A stretch of DNA of 64,000 nt from Bryobacterales bacterium. GTDB taxonomy: Bacteria; Acidobacteriota; Terriglobia; Bryobacterales; UBA6623. Below are positions 1 through 10,188 of this stretch, in pieces (positions within the stretch are counted from its first letter, which is position 1; the number at the start of each line of letters is the position of its first letter). The notes under the pieces are model-generated. The model was not told the DNA's origin. It saw nothing but the letters and a program-made list of their open reading frames with translations, and did not search any database. The translations under genes and the position numbers were made by a program. Where the stretch lies: positions 342,925 to 406,924 of the forward strand of contig CBDDCY010000008.1 of NCBI GenBank assembly GCA_965226435.1, in the 5' to 3' direction.

Positions 1-27
1 GTTGCTGTTGGAACTTTGCGCCATGTG

Positions 28-54
28 GCAACTTGCAACTCAGTTGCAAGTTGC
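28..54. promoter_or_regulatory. Perfect inverted repeat GCAACTTGCAAC-tca-GTTGCAAGTTGC (12-bp arms, 3-nt loop) upstream of the MscS-like gene
   Basis: Read directly: 28-39 is the exact reverse complement of 43-54. It could be an operator or the terminator of an upstream gene outside the window. Confidence 0.6.
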
Positions 55-240
55 TTTCAGTATGGAAAGCGTCTTCCATCGAAGTCAAGATCGTGAACCG
101 CGGCTTTTTCGGCAAACGACGGATGCCCTCCGTCCTCCGGGCCGAACCCGGCTCCCGGATAGGAAACGGTAGGATAGAATTTCTCGCGATTGAGCGGCCG
201 GTCGTCTCAATCTCTCCAAGTTACGCGTAGAGGAAAACCC

Positions 241-1521
241 ATGATCGAAATACTTCAAACTTGGCTCGCGGGTCACGGTCTCACGGAAATTCAGGCGCTT
301 TGGCTGAGCCGTCTCATCGCCGTCATTTTTGTCGCTTTGGTGAGCTGCCTGGCTAACTTCATCGCCAAACGCATCATCTTGACGGTCGTCCACGGCATTG
401 TCCGCCGCACGAAGACCGATTGGGATGATGCTTTGGTCGAACGCAGGGTGTTCACCAAGTTGTCGCATCTGGCGCCCGCGTTCGTGATTCGCGCGCTGGT
501 GCCGGTCGCGTTGGAGGGCTCGGATCGCCTCATCGGCTTCGTCGGTCGTGCCGCCGACGTGTACATGCTGATGATCGGGATCTTCATCGTCGGGTCGTTT
601 CTCGACGCCGTCGCGGATGTCTACCGGAAGTTCGCCATTTCCAACCGGATCCCGATCACGACCTATGTTCAGGTGGTCAAGATCATCGTCACCGTGGGCG
701 GGCTGATCCTCGCGTTGTCGATCATCATCGACCGCTCGCCGTGGGTGTTTCTGAGCGGTATCGGTGCGCTCACCGCTGTGCTGCTGTTGGTGTTTAAGGA
801 CACCATCTTGGGGTTTGTCGCCGGCATTCAAATGGTCGCCCACGACATGGTCAGACCCGGCGATTGGATCGAGATGCCCAAGTACGGCGCGGACGGCGAC
901 GTTATCGAAATCACGCTCAACACGGTCAAGATCCGAAACTTTGACAAGACGATTACGACGGTTCCAACCTGCGCGCTGATCTCGGATTCGTTCAAGAACT
1001 GGCGAGGCATGTCCGAGTCAGGCGGACGGAGAATCAAACGTTCGATCTACCTCGACGTCACCAGCATCTGTTTTTGCTCCCCGGAGATGGTCGAGCGGTT
1101 TTCGAAAATGCAGGTCCTGGGCGACTATGTCGCGCGGAAAGAGAAAGAGCTCGCGGAACATAATCTCAAGCACGACATCGACGAAAGCGTGCTGGTCAAC
1201 GGACGCCGCATGACCAACGTCGGGACGTTCCGCGCCTACTTGGTCGCATATCTGCGTCGGCACCCAAAGATTCACCAAGACCTGACCTTCTTGGTGCGCC
1301 AGCTCGCACCGACTGAGAAAGGGTTGCCGATCGAGATCTACGTCTTCACCAGCGACCAGCGCTGGGCGCATTACGAAGACATCCAGGCGGATATCTTCGA
1401 CCACATTTACGCCGTGTTGCCGCAATTCGACTTGCGGCCGTTCCAGAACCCCACTGGCGGCGATATCGAACGCGGCGTGAGCAGTGTCGCCGGGAAACGC
1501 TCCGGCGGGAGCGAAGGGTAG
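241..1521 (+). CDS. Mechanosensitive ion channel family protein (MscS-like)
   Basis: ORF 190-1521. The ATG at 241 (MIEILQTWLAG...) is followed by several hydrophobic helices and a conserved MscS-type beta domain (GDWIEMPKYGADGDVIEITLNTVKIRNFDKTITTVP). Confidence 0.8.
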   Translation: MIEILQTWLAGHGLTEIQALWLSRLIAVIFVALVSCLANFIAKRIILTVVHGIVRRTKTDWDDALVERRVFTKLSHLAPAFVIRALVPVALEGSDRLIGFVGRAADVYMLMIGIFIVGSFLDAVADVYRKFAISNRIPITTYVQVVKIIVTVGGLILALSIIIDRSPWVFLSGIGALTAVLLLVFKDTILGFVAGIQMVAHDMVRPGDWIEMPKYGADGDVIEITLNTVKIRNFDKTITTVPTCALISDSFKNWRGMSESGGRRIKRSIYLDVTSICFCSPEMVERFSKMQVLGDYVARKEKELAEHNLKHDIDESVLVNGRRMTNVGTFRAYLVAYLRRHPKIHQDLTFLVRQLAPTEKGLPIEIYVFTSDQRWAHYEDIQADIFDHIYAVLPQFDLRPFQNPTGGDIERGVSSVAGKRSGGSEG

Positions 1522-1591
1522 GTCCGTCGCAACGAACCGCCCATCGCTCCCGCCGCGTCAAGGCGCGGAGTCCCGGATCGGGCGCTGCCCG

Positions 1592-2758
1592 CTATTGCGA
1601 GCAGTCGACGCCCTTGCTGCCCCGGCGGGCGTCCTTGCCCACCACAACGCGGTTAAGCTTCGCCGAGCGGCACTCGCGCGGCTCGGCGCGGCCGGGACGG
1701 TCGAAGGGTTCCGGCGTTACGTCGAAACCGGTGTCTTCGGAGTTGTTGAACGCATCGAGCGCCTCGATGCAGCCGCTGCGGCTGATCGTTCTCTTATTCG
1801 CGTCGCAGAGTTCTTCACAGGCGGTGATGATCTCCTCGATGCTTTGTCCTTCATGTTCGAAGTCCGAGCAGGACCCGTTCGAGACATCGGCCGTGGCCCC
1901 CAGGTTGATCTTCGCCGCGGTCAGTTGGCGGACCAGCGTGACATAGGTCGAGTTGCTCTTGAACTCGAAACCGGGACTCGAGCACAACGCCTCGGTTGCC
2001 GAGTCGCAAGACCCGGCGTCAACGTGCGTGAGGTCTTCCCCGCATACGGTGACCGGGAGATAGTCGTCGGTGATCCTGGGATGCGTGCCCCAAAAACCGA
2101 TTGTCCGCGTTAAGCAGGCTCCGCCCTCCCCGCCGCCGGTTCCGTCGCAAGACTCACAAGACGGCCCCAGGATCGGCGTTGAAACGCAATTTGTCGCCGA
2201 TTTCGAAACAATCGCAACCTCGCCCGAGGCCAGATCCACCTCTTCGCCGGCGATGGTCAATTCGACCTGCACGCACTCGCCGTCGTCAAGCGTTCCCGAA
2301 TCGATATTGCACTTGGCCACTTCACTCAGACCGCAGGGATTATCCTGCGTGCTGCCGTCGCACGAGAGAACAGCGTTTTCTTGCCCGTCGGATTGAACCA
2401 ACGTAATGTCGTGGTCTTCGCTAACGCACCCCCCCGCCGAGACTAGGTCCGGCAGCACGACGTTGAAATGGCTCAGATCGTGAAAGCCGTCCGGCAGCGG
2501 ACAAGTCGACGAATCGACGCAGATTTCATAGGTCCACGTACTGGACCCGGTTGTGGTTCCCGCCGCGGGTTCAAATCCAATCAACTCAAAAGTAAAACCC
2601 GCCGGGTCGCATACCCAAGCGTCGGCGTCACAACTATCCGTCTGACCGAACAACGTCGGCGCGCTCCCGAAAATCAGCGTGGCGAACAGCAGCACCGCCG
2701 TCGCGCGGGTTCCTGAAAGGTGTTTTCTCAGTCTCATGTCGTAAATCGTCCTCCTCAT
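1592..2758 (-). CDS. Secreted cysteine-rich hypothetical protein
   Basis: N-terminal signal peptide (TRATAVLLFATLIFGSAPTLFGQ), about 22 Cys, Asp/Gly/Ser-rich. I recognise no family. Confidence 0.6.
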   Translation of the reverse strand: MRRTIYDMRLRKHLSGTRATAVLLFATLIFGSAPTLFGQTDSCDADAWVCDPAGFTFELIGFEPAAGTTTGSSTWTYEICVDSSTCPLPDGFHDLSHFNVVLPDLVSAGGCVSEDHDITLVQSDGQENAVLSCDGSTQDNPCGLSEVAKCNIDSGTLDDGECVQVELTIAGEEVDLASGEVAIVSKSATNCVSTPILGPSCESCDGTGGGEGGACLTRTIGFWGTHPRITDDYLPVTVCGEDLTHVDAGSCDSATEALCSSPGFEFKSNSTYVTLVRQLTAAKINLGATADVSNGSCSDFEHEGQSIEEIITACEELCDANKRTISRSGCIEALDAFNNSEDTGFDVTPEPFDRPGRAEPRECRSAKLNRVVVGKDARRGSKGVDCSQ

Positions 2759-2961
2759 CGGCTATCAAGGGACTGACGTCAAACGGCGTCGACCCCGTCT
2801 TGGCGTCCATTCCTACCCATCGACTGAGAGGACGGGAAGGGTTATATCGAGGAGGGAAATGGGCCTACTCTGTTCTGCTTTTCGGGATCGCGGAAGTCGA
2901 CGGATATGTTACGATCCGTCCGCGAGCACGAGGCGCCGACCGCGCGAGGAGGGGACGGGCG

Positions 2962-5205
2962 ATGGATTTTCGAAATGGAGTACGTACAGCGTTGCTGGGC
3001 GGTTTGCTGGTCGTGGCCTCTCATCCGCGGGCGCAAGCCCTGCCGTGCGAAATGGGGCAATACAAAGCCGTGGACGGGCTGATCGCAACGAGTCAAGACG
3101 ATGCGGTCACCCTGACTTGGAGCGGCGAACGCGACACGCAGTTGCGTCTCGCCCTGGCGGTCGTCGAGGGTGTCCCGCGCGTCGTTGAGATGGCCATTCG
3201 CCGAGCGGGCGGCTCCTGGGCGAACCTCGCTCGCGACCTGACCCCCGAATTCAACGTATCCTCCGGGCTCCGTCGTATATCGGAACAGCAACTCCGGCCG
3301 CTACGGGACCTGGGCGTTGTCATCACGCCCGAAGTCATCGAGAAAGAGAAGTGGGTCGTGTTCTGGGACGCTCCGTTGACGGTGCCCGGCTTGGCGGGAA
3401 CCAATCCCGGTCTGCCGCGCCGCCAACAGGAAATCCGCCGGGCCGTGTCATCGTTCAAGACCACTTCTTGCAGCGTCAAGACCGACGGCGCGCGTTTGGA
3501 AGTATCCTTTGACGGTCTGTCGATGGGGATCTTTTCGGGCAGGCTGCGGTACACCGTTTATCGAGGGTCGAACCTTGTTCGACAGGAAGCCGTCGCCTCG
3601 ACCGGCGAACCAAGCGTCGCCTACAAATATGCCGCCGGCCTGCGGGGATTTCAGACAAATGACGCCCCTCGCGTCGTCTGGCGCGACACCAGCAGCGATT
3701 GGCAAAAGTACGAGTTCGGCGGCTCGGCGAATAGCTCTCCGGTGCCGCTACGGGCGCGCAACCGTCTTGTGTTGGTCGAAACCGCCGCCGGCTCGATCGC
3801 CGTTTTCCCTCCGCCGCACAAGTTCTTCTTCGCGCGCGAAATCGAGATGAATCTCGGGTACGTCTGGTATCGCAAAGACGGTGAAGACTCGTTCTCGGTC
3901 GGCGTCCGGCACGGCGACCGCGAAGAAATGTATCGGCCCTACGGAGTGTCCGAGGGTTTGTGGAAACGCCGCGTGGCGCAATCGCGCCGCTTCGCCGAAG
4001 GCAACTTCGCGCTCTATAACGCACCGCCCGGCACCGAGCAGCGCATGGCCGTCTATTTCTATCTGAGCCCGGACGACCCCGCCGCCGCACAGCGCCAAGT
4101 GCTGGCTTATACACATGACGACAAGTTCAAGCCGATCCCGGGCTACAAAGTCGCTGTCAGCCATTTCCATACTCACTTTTCCGAACAGCTTCGCGACGCC
4201 GGAACTCTCGATCTACAGCCGCCGTGGCTGCCGGCCTTCCGCGCCCGCGGTATCAACATCGCCATGATGTCGGACTTTCATGCCGACTCCCACCCCAGCG
4301 ACCCGGGGCCGATCCGTCTCGCCGAAATGGATAGCTATTTCGAAGCCTGCCGCCGGCACTCGGACCGCGATTTCCTATTGCTGCCGGGTGAGGAAGCCAA
4401 CGCGCACTTGGGCGGGCACTACACAATAGTTTTCCCCAAGCCCGTCTATTGGACGAAGGTACGAGCCGAGGGCCAGGCTCTTTTCGAAGAACATCCTCAA
4501 TTTGGAACCGTCTATCACACCGGCTCGGCGGCCGACATGCTTGAAATGCTCGAGCGTGAAAAAGGCCTGGTATGGCAAGCGCACCCGCGAACCAAGGGGT
4601 CGACGTTCTATCCCGACGCGATTCGCGACACGCCGCATTTCAACAGCGATCGCTACTTGGGCGTCGCTTTCAAGAATTTCCCGGTCAACATGTCGGAGCG
4701 GCGCCTTTGTCCAGTCCGTTGTTTCGATACCCTCGACGACATCAACAACTGGGCCGGTCCGAAATACTTAGTGGCCGAAGGCGATACCTATACGAAGTTT
4801 CCCGAAGATGAGATTTACGGGGAGTCTTCGGTGAACTACATCAAGGTCGACTCACTGCCGAGCTTCGACGGCGACTGGAGCCCGATCTTCGACGCCATGC
4901 GGGCAGGCGAATTCTTCGTCACAACCGGCGAGGTTCTAATTCCCAACGCCGGAGTCTCCGGGGAGGGGAAGCAGCGAACATACTTCGCTGAAGTCGAGTG
5001 GACCTTCCCGCTCGAGTTCGTCGAAATCGTCTGGGGCGATGGCGAAAACGTCGATCGCAAGGTTGTTCCCGCCCGCGACCGAGCGCCGTTCGCAAGCGAG
5101 CGCTTCGAGATTCCCTTCGATGCGGAAGGCGTGAAATGGGTGCGCTTCGCCGCCTGGGACGCCGCCGGCAACGGGGCTTTTACCCAGCCCATGCACCTAC
5201 AGTGA
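2962..5205 (+). CDS. Secreted hypothetical protein; the C-terminal half has His-rich motifs reminiscent of PHP-type metal-dependent phosphoesterases (weak)
   Basis: ORF 2800-5205. The ATG at 2962 is preceded by GAGGAGGGGA and followed by a signal peptide (MDFRNGVRTALLGGLLVVASHPRAQA). Motifs HFHTHFS, MSDFHADSH, EANAHLGGH. Confidence 0.6.
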   Translation: MDFRNGVRTALLGGLLVVASHPRAQALPCEMGQYKAVDGLIATSQDDAVTLTWSGERDTQLRLALAVVEGVPRVVEMAIRRAGGSWANLARDLTPEFNVSSGLRRISEQQLRPLRDLGVVITPEVIEKEKWVVFWDAPLTVPGLAGTNPGLPRRQQEIRRAVSSFKTTSCSVKTDGARLEVSFDGLSMGIFSGRLRYTVYRGSNLVRQEAVASTGEPSVAYKYAAGLRGFQTNDAPRVVWRDTSSDWQKYEFGGSANSSPVPLRARNRLVLVETAAGSIAVFPPPHKFFFAREIEMNLGYVWYRKDGEDSFSVGVRHGDREEMYRPYGVSEGLWKRRVAQSRRFAEGNFALYNAPPGTEQRMAVYFYLSPDDPAAAQRQVLAYTHDDKFKPIPGYKVAVSHFHTHFSEQLRDAGTLDLQPPWLPAFRARGINIAMMSDFHADSHPSDPGPIRLAEMDSYFEACRRHSDRDFLLLPGEEANAHLGGHYTIVFPKPVYWTKVRAEGQALFEEHPQFGTVYHTGSAADMLEMLEREKGLVWQAHPRTKGSTFYPDAIRDTPHFNSDRYLGVAFKNFPVNMSERRLCPVRCFDTLDDINNWAGPKYLVAEGDTYTKFPEDEIYGESSVNYIKVDSLPSFDGDWSPIFDAMRAGEFFVTTGEVLIPNAGVSGEGKQRTYFAEVEWTFPLEFVEIVWGDGENVDRKVVPARDRAPFASERFEIPFDAEGVKWVRFAAWDAAGNGAFTQPMHLQ

Positions 5206-5220
5206 CTTCAAACATAGGGA

Positions 5221-5246
5221 CAGAGCCCCGAGCGCAAGCGACGGGC
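5221..5246. repeat. 26-bp dispersed repeat CAGAGCCCCGAGCGCAAGCGACGGGC (copy 1)
   Basis: Identical 26-mer at 58368-58393. Both copies lie in short gaps between convergent genes. Confidence 0.8.
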
Positions 5247-5269
5247 GAACCCGCCAATATCCTCTACGA

Positions 5270-7465
5270 TCAGCGACCATAGGCAACCGTCTTATACGTT
5301 TCGACATCCTCGGTCACGACGATCATCCGGTCGACGGCCACGTCCCGAAAGCTTTGCGTCCGACCCGTCGTTGGCCAGTACACTTCCAGGATCTCAATCT
5401 TTTCGGCGGCTCCGAGCCCGATGTGCCGGCGCAGCGAATTGGCGCCGAAGCTTCCGCCGCTGTTGACCCACTGGTAGACAGAGCGTCTTTCCCCGTTCTC
5501 GATAATCTCAGCCCGCATTCGCGCGCCGATCGCGGACCGATTCGACTCGACGCCCACCGCCTTGACAACGATCCAATGATTCCCGAAGCCCGGGTTTTCG
5601 AACAACGCGTTCCCGAAAACATCACCCGCGAAAGCGCCGCCCAGCTCGGCAAAGATATCCAGGTCGCCGTCGTGATCAAAGTCCGCGAAAGCGACCCCGT
5701 GGCCTTTCTGTAAATGCCCGACCCCGGCGGCCGTCGTGACGTCGGTGAACCGCCCTCCGCGCTCGTTATGAAACAGCAGGTTGGGCATCAAGCCTTCGTA
5801 GTCCGGATAGCCCGTGCCGAGATAAAAATCCGGGAAGCCGTCATTGTCCAAATCCCCGAAGTTCGATCCCATTGGCTGGGTGATGCGCGAGAGACCGACA
5901 TCGCCGCCGACCTGTTGAAAACCACCGCGGCCGTCGCCTTGGTAGAGATGGTCGAATTCCGTTTCCAAAGCCGGCAGCCCGAGATAGTCAGCCGCAACGT
6001 CCCAGACATTCCACTCATACCCGGAGACGAAGAGATCGAGGATTCCGTCATTGTTAAAGTCCCAAAACCAAGCCGGAAAACTCCGGTAGGGAAAGGTTGT
6101 GTCCAACTCCGGAGCCACATCGACAAACGTGTCGTCGCCTAGGTTTCGATAGAGGCGGTTAAGGCCGCCGAAGTTCGACACGTAGAGATCGGGGAAGCGA
6201 TCGTTATCGTAATCACCCCAGGTGACGGCTTTAGCGAAGTCGTTGTTCAGAACCCCCGCCTGCCGAGCCGTGTCAGTGAACGTCCCGTCGCCGTTGTTAC
6301 GAAACAATTGAGACCGGACGTTTTCATTGCCGACATAGAGATCGAGATCACCGTCGTTGTCGTAGTCAGCCCACGCGGCGGTTTGCGTCGGGAAATGCTC
6401 CTTGCCCAAGCCTGCTTCGAACGTCACATCGCGAAAGCGTCCCCGGCCGTCGTTGCGGAGCAGCGAATTGGGGTAGCCGCTTCCAACCTTCTCCAGCCAG
6501 GCGCCGCGTAACACGTAGATGTCGATGTCGCCGTCATTGTCGTAGTCCGCTTGCACAAGGTTGAGGCCGCCATAGAGCCCGGCAAAACCGGCCTCCTCGG
6601 TGCGTTCAGTGAACCTGCCGTCTCCCTGATTGCGAAAGTATCGTAACGGCCCGTCCGGGCTCCAATCCGAAACCACGATATCCAACCAATCATCGCCGTC
6701 GAAGTCCTCGGCGATCGCGCCTCCGCTCAAGCTCACGGTGTTGAGCCCGAGATCACCGGCGATATCACGGAAGCGCGGAAAGTCTTTCTTCGAATCGAAA
6801 GCATCAAGCGGAATTCTTAAGTGCTCGGGAACTTTCTCCGGGGCATCCCCCACCGTCATGTGCGCCAGGTTCAGCAACCAGCGGGCAGTCAGGTGATCGG
6901 GGCGCTTTGCAAGGATTTCCGTCAGGTACTCGATAGCCTTGCGAAGGTGGGCGGGCTCACGATGAATTCCGCCGCCGCGAATAGGAAAGATGCAGCTATC
7001 GCGGTTCCGATGAGCCAAACAATTCTCGGTCTCGCCCAAGCGCAGATAAGCTGTCGCGAGTTGCAGAGTCGGCTCGATGGCGCCGCTCGCCGCAAGCTTG
7101 CGAGCCTCGATCAAGTGCTCGACAGCTTTGCGGTCGTTCCCCAACCGTAGCTCGTCCTTGCCGATGAGCGAGTGCAGCGCCGCTCTTTCATGTTTGGGGG
7201 CGTCGAGCGGCAACGCCTCGAGCTTTTCCCGCTCGGCGCGGTGGATGTTTTGACCCGTGTAGATATTTTCGCCGCCGCCGCGCTCGCGCAGCCCGGCCAA
7301 TACGTCGATCATCCGCTGATGAGAGTCGGTTTCCGCCGCGCCTTCTTCGGCGGAGCCCGCGGGGGCGGGGGACTGGGCCTCCGGCGCTTGCGCCGGCGCG
7401 GTTGGGCCCCGGCTTAGCGCGCCGACGATCACCACCAGAACGGCGCTTTTGACGAGACGGCTCAT
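5270..7465 (-). CDS. CRTAC1-family protein (N-terminal TPR-like region, FG-GAP/VCBS repeats, C-terminal ASPIC/UnbV domain)
   Basis: Signal peptide, repeated DYDNDGDLDLYV / FNNDGILDLFV Ca-binding FG-GAP motifs, and a C-terminal UnbV-like segment (NHWIVVKAVGVESNRSAIGARM). Confidence 0.8.
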   Translation of the reverse strand: MSRLVKSAVLVVIVGALSRGPTAPAQAPEAQSPAPAGSAEEGAAETDSHQRMIDVLAGLRERGGGENIYTGQNIHRAEREKLEALPLDAPKHERAALHSLIGKDELRLGNDRKAVEHLIEARKLAASGAIEPTLQLATAYLRLGETENCLAHRNRDSCIFPIRGGGIHREPAHLRKAIEYLTEILAKRPDHLTARWLLNLAHMTVGDAPEKVPEHLRIPLDAFDSKKDFPRFRDIAGDLGLNTVSLSGGAIAEDFDGDDWLDIVVSDWSPDGPLRYFRNQGDGRFTERTEEAGFAGLYGGLNLVQADYDNDGDIDIYVLRGAWLEKVGSGYPNSLLRNDGRGRFRDVTFEAGLGKEHFPTQTAAWADYDNDGDLDLYVGNENVRSQLFRNNGDGTFTDTARQAGVLNNDFAKAVTWGDYDNDRFPDLYVSNFGGLNRLYRNLGDDTFVDVAPELDTTFPYRSFPAWFWDFNNDGILDLFVSGYEWNVWDVAADYLGLPALETEFDHLYQGDGRGGFQQVGGDVGLSRITQPMGSNFGDLDNDGFPDFYLGTGYPDYEGLMPNLLFHNERGGRFTDVTTAAGVGHLQKGHGVAFADFDHDGDLDIFAELGGAFAGDVFGNALFENPGFGNHWIVVKAVGVESNRSAIGARMRAEIIENGERRSVYQWVNSGGSFGANSLRRHIGLGAAEKIEILEVYWPTTGRTQSFRDVAVDRMIVVTEDVETYKTVAYGR

Positions 7466-7477
7466 CTCGGCCTGTGT

Positions 7478-8509
7478 TTACTTGATGCCCACAACCATCG
7501 AATCCGGACCGACCAGGTGCTCGACCCGCGTCTCTCGGAACCCGGCTTCCCGCATCCAACCACTGCAATCCGCTCCGGTGTAGTCGAAACCGCCAGGCGT
7601 CTCGACGAGCATGTTCAGGCTCATCAGTAATCCGAAAGCGTTTTGGCGCCGCTCGTCATCAATGAGGGCTTCGTAAACTATGAACACGCCGCCTTCGGGA
7701 AGAGCTTCATGCACGCGTTTGATCAACGTCCTCTTTTCATCGAGGTTCCAGTCGTGCAGAATATGGCCCATGACCATGACCTCGGTCGCCGGTAGTTCGT
7801 CTTTGAAGAAGTCACCCGCCTGAAACCGCAAGCGGTCGCCCAGTCCGTGCGCCCTGAAGTATTCCTCGCAGACGGGTGCGGCCGGGGGCAGGTCAAAGTT
7901 GATCCCCGTCAGATGAGGGTGTCGACTCGCGACGGCGACCGGCAGTCCGCCCTGGGCTCCTCCCACGTCGGCAAAGTCTTTGTAGTCGGCCCAGGGAAAC
8001 TTCTCGGCAATGGCGTGGGCGGCGCCCATGCTTATGCCCGTCATGGCCCCCAGAAAGAGACGCAGGCCCTCCGGGTCGCCGTAAAGGGCCGCGAAGAAGT
8101 CTTCGTCCCCGTCCTTGATTTCGCTTTGCGGCTTTCCCGTGCGTAAGGCTTGCGTAAGCTTGCCCCAAGAGGGGTAGAGGCGTTCGTTCGCCATCTCGAG
8201 CATCCCGCCGATGTATGACGGCTTCGCCTTATCGAGGAACAAATCCGTCTCGGCGGTGTTGCGGTAGCTTTCCCCCTCGCGCTCAAGCATTCCGAGCGCC
8301 GTCAAAGCGTCGAAAAAGTCGAGGGCCGCCCGTTCGTCGAGTCCCAGTTCCGCCCTCAGCTTCTCCGCGCCGAGGGGCCCCCCTGCGAGTTTTGTGAAGA
8401 CCTGCAATTCCACAGCGGTCAGCAAGGTCTTTGAGCCCCAGAAGGCTAAACCTAGTTGAAGAATTGTTTCCGGTGTAACTTGTGGCGCCATAAACTTCTG
8501 AACATCCAA
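7478..8509 (-). CDS. Class I SAM-dependent O-methyltransferase (dimerisation domain plus Methyltransf_2 type)
   Basis: 343 aa. Winged-helix dimerisation N-terminus and the SAM motif DVGGAQGG; resembles small-molecule O-methyltransferases. Confidence 0.75.
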   Translation of the reverse strand: MDVQKFMAPQVTPETILQLGLAFWGSKTLLTAVELQVFTKLAGGPLGAEKLRAELGLDERAALDFFDALTALGMLEREGESYRNTAETDLFLDKAKPSYIGGMLEMANERLYPSWGKLTQALRTGKPQSEIKDGDEDFFAALYGDPEGLRLFLGAMTGISMGAAHAIAEKFPWADYKDFADVGGAQGGLPVAVASRHPHLTGINFDLPPAAPVCEEYFRAHGLGDRLRFQAGDFFKDELPATEVMVMGHILHDWNLDEKRTLIKRVHEALPEGGVFIVYEALIDDERRQNAFGLLMSLNMLVETPGGFDYTGADCSGWMREAGFRETRVEHLVGPDSMVVGIK

Positions 8510-8575
8510 TGACTGACTCGGAACGAATTAGGATAGCCGAGAGTCGCCGGCATTGCAACGAGTCTCAGCCCACGT

Positions 8576-10188
8576 TGTCAAGAGGCGATAGAAATGTCCC
8601 CCTCGGTAGGGCGATAGAAATGTCCCCTTGGTTAGCCCGGTAGAAATGTCCCCTTTTAAGTAAAAGGATAGTAGTCGTAGGGGCTTGTGGGAATGTGGGA
8701 ATCGCACAGCGATTTCCAAGGGGCTGGGGGAAACGTGGGAAACCCGAGCGATGAGGTTCGAAGCTCCTCGTCGGCTGCCGAGGGTTTTCCTCGTTTTCCA
8801 CGGCCCCGTCATTTCCACAGCCCTCTTCACGCGGTCGCCGCCCGTTTTTTCGGCTTCAACGGCGCGCGCCAAGGGTGATTCGCCGGCGGTGTGCGCGGCT
8901 GCGGCGCCAGGCGCGGTTTCGGCTCCGGCCGCACCTTGGGGAGCGGCTTGGCGATCTCGTCGAACGCCACCGTTTTCCCCTCGAACACCACCCGCAACTC
9001 GCCCTCGCGCGCTTGCTGCACGGTTACTCTCGCGCCTGCGCCCAGAGCCTGATTGCGCTGCGGTTTCAACTGCGGAAAACGGTTCTCGAAACGTACCACC
9101 AGGTCGTTGGACACCACCCGCTCTCCCTCCAAGCAAAACACCCACTTCAAGTCCAAACGCTTCGATAAGCGCCGATGAAAGTCCGCTCCCGCTGACGGCT
9201 CAGAGGCGAACTTGGCGTTGTGCTCTGGCAGATACTGCTCGTCGAGATAGCGGTTCGCCGCCTCGTAATCGGCAATGCCTTTGAGCCGCATCTTCTTGAT
9301 CAGGCGGTCTTGATGGGTGCCGTGATGGCGCTCCACGCGGCCCTTCGCTTGCGGTGACGAAGCGGCGATGATACCAATGCCGAGCTTGGCGCACATGCGT
9401 CCGAACTGCGTCTCGGGCTCGATGCCTTCCAGCGCTTCACGCGACGTTGGCCGGCGCTTGTAGACGTTCTTCCAGTCGCAATACAACGCCTTCGGAACGC
9501 CGTATTGACGCACCCAGGCTTCGAGCAGATCGGCCGCCGCCCAAGTCGTTTCCTCGCTCGAGAAACGGCACAGCGCCAGACCGGTCGCATCGTCGACGAA
9601 GTTCATCAGGCAACCTTTCCGCCCGCGCGCTTCGAGCCACTCGTGGTGCGAACCGTCGACCTGGATCAGCTCGCCCAAGTGCGCTTTACGCCGCCGCCGC
9701 GAGCGATGCGGCCGGCGCTTGCGGCGGCGGCTCCACAGGCCCTCGGCGAGCATCCAGAGCCGCAGTGTTCGCACCGATAGTTTCAGATCGTGGTCTGTCC
9801 ACAAATGCTCGGCCGCCAGCGTCGGCCCGAAGCGCTCGTGCGGCTCGCCGGAGTAGTGTTCGCGCACCAGTTGCAGCACTCGCTTGCGAACTTCCGCCGG
9901 CTTGGCGCGGTTCGATACCCGGCCCACGTTGCCGTGCTTCAATGCTTTTGTCCCTCCCGCGCTGTAGCGCCTCCAGATCCGCTTGGTCTGGCGATAACTG
10001 ATATCGAGTATCCGCGCCGCCTCGCTCAGCTTCAACTCGCCTCGCTTCACCCGGCCCAGTACCTCGCCCCGTCTCAATTCCTTGTCGTTCATCCATGTCC
10101 TCTCCAATCTAGGCTCCTCCTTCGGAGCCTTAGATTAGGGGACATTTCTATCGCCCTCTCAAGGGGACATTATCATCGCCCTTCAACA
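8576..10188 (-). mobile_element. IS1202/ISNCY-like insertion sequence, copy 1 (1613 bp)
   Basis: Boundaries set by comparison with the copy at 60842-62454. Imperfect terminal IRs TGTTGAAGGGCGATGATAATGTCCCC / TGTCAAGAGGCGATAGAAATGTCCCC. Subterminal GGGGACATTTCTATCGCC-like repeats occur 3 times at one end (8585-8653) and twice at the other (10138-10180). Flanked by the direct repeat CGAGTCTCAGCCCACG (8559-8574 and 10189-10204). Confidence 0.85.
8827..10107 (-). CDS. ISNCY/IS1202-family DDE transposase
   Basis: 426 aa. N-terminal HTH (LKLSEAARILDISYRQTKRIWRRY) followed by an rve-type integrase core (QVDGSHHEW...FVDDATG...SPQAKGRVER). Differs from 60923-62203 only at residue 378 (K vs R). Confidence 0.85.
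   Translation of the reverse strand: MERTWMNDKELRRGEVLGRVKRGELKLSEAARILDISYRQTKRIWRRYSAGGTKALKHGNVGRVSNRAKPAEVRKRVLQLVREHYSGEPHERFGPTLAAEHLWTDHDLKLSVRTLRLWMLAEGLWSRRRKRRPHRSRRRRKAHLGELIQVDGSHHEWLEARGRKGCLMNFVDDATGLALCRFSSEETTWAAADLLEAWVRQYGVPKALYCDWKNVYKRRPTSREALEGIEPETQFGRMCAKLGIGIIAASSPQAKGRVERHHGTHQDRLIKKMRLKGIADYEAANRYLDEQYLPEHNAKFASEPSAGADFHRRLSKRLDLKWVFCLEGERVVSNDLVVRFENRFPQLKPQRNQALGAGARVTVQQAREGELRVVFEGKTVAFDEIAKPLPKVRPEPKPRLAPQPRTPPANHPWRAPLKPKKRAATA

Noticed and set aside
190-240. N-terminal extensions suggested by the ORF track (190-240 for the MscS-like gene, 13877-14224 for the enoyl-CoA hydratase, 2800-2961, 23519-23653 and 25984-26184)
   Set aside because: The extensions are Arg/Pro/Ser-rich, overlap neighbouring genes or precede better starts with Shine-Dalgarno-like sequences and signal peptides. 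Internal starts were chosen instead.
2565-2578. tRNA T-arm-like GCGGGTTCAAATCC
   Set aside because: It lies inside the Cys-rich CDS on the opposite strand, and the flanks cannot form T-stem, acceptor or anticodon arms.
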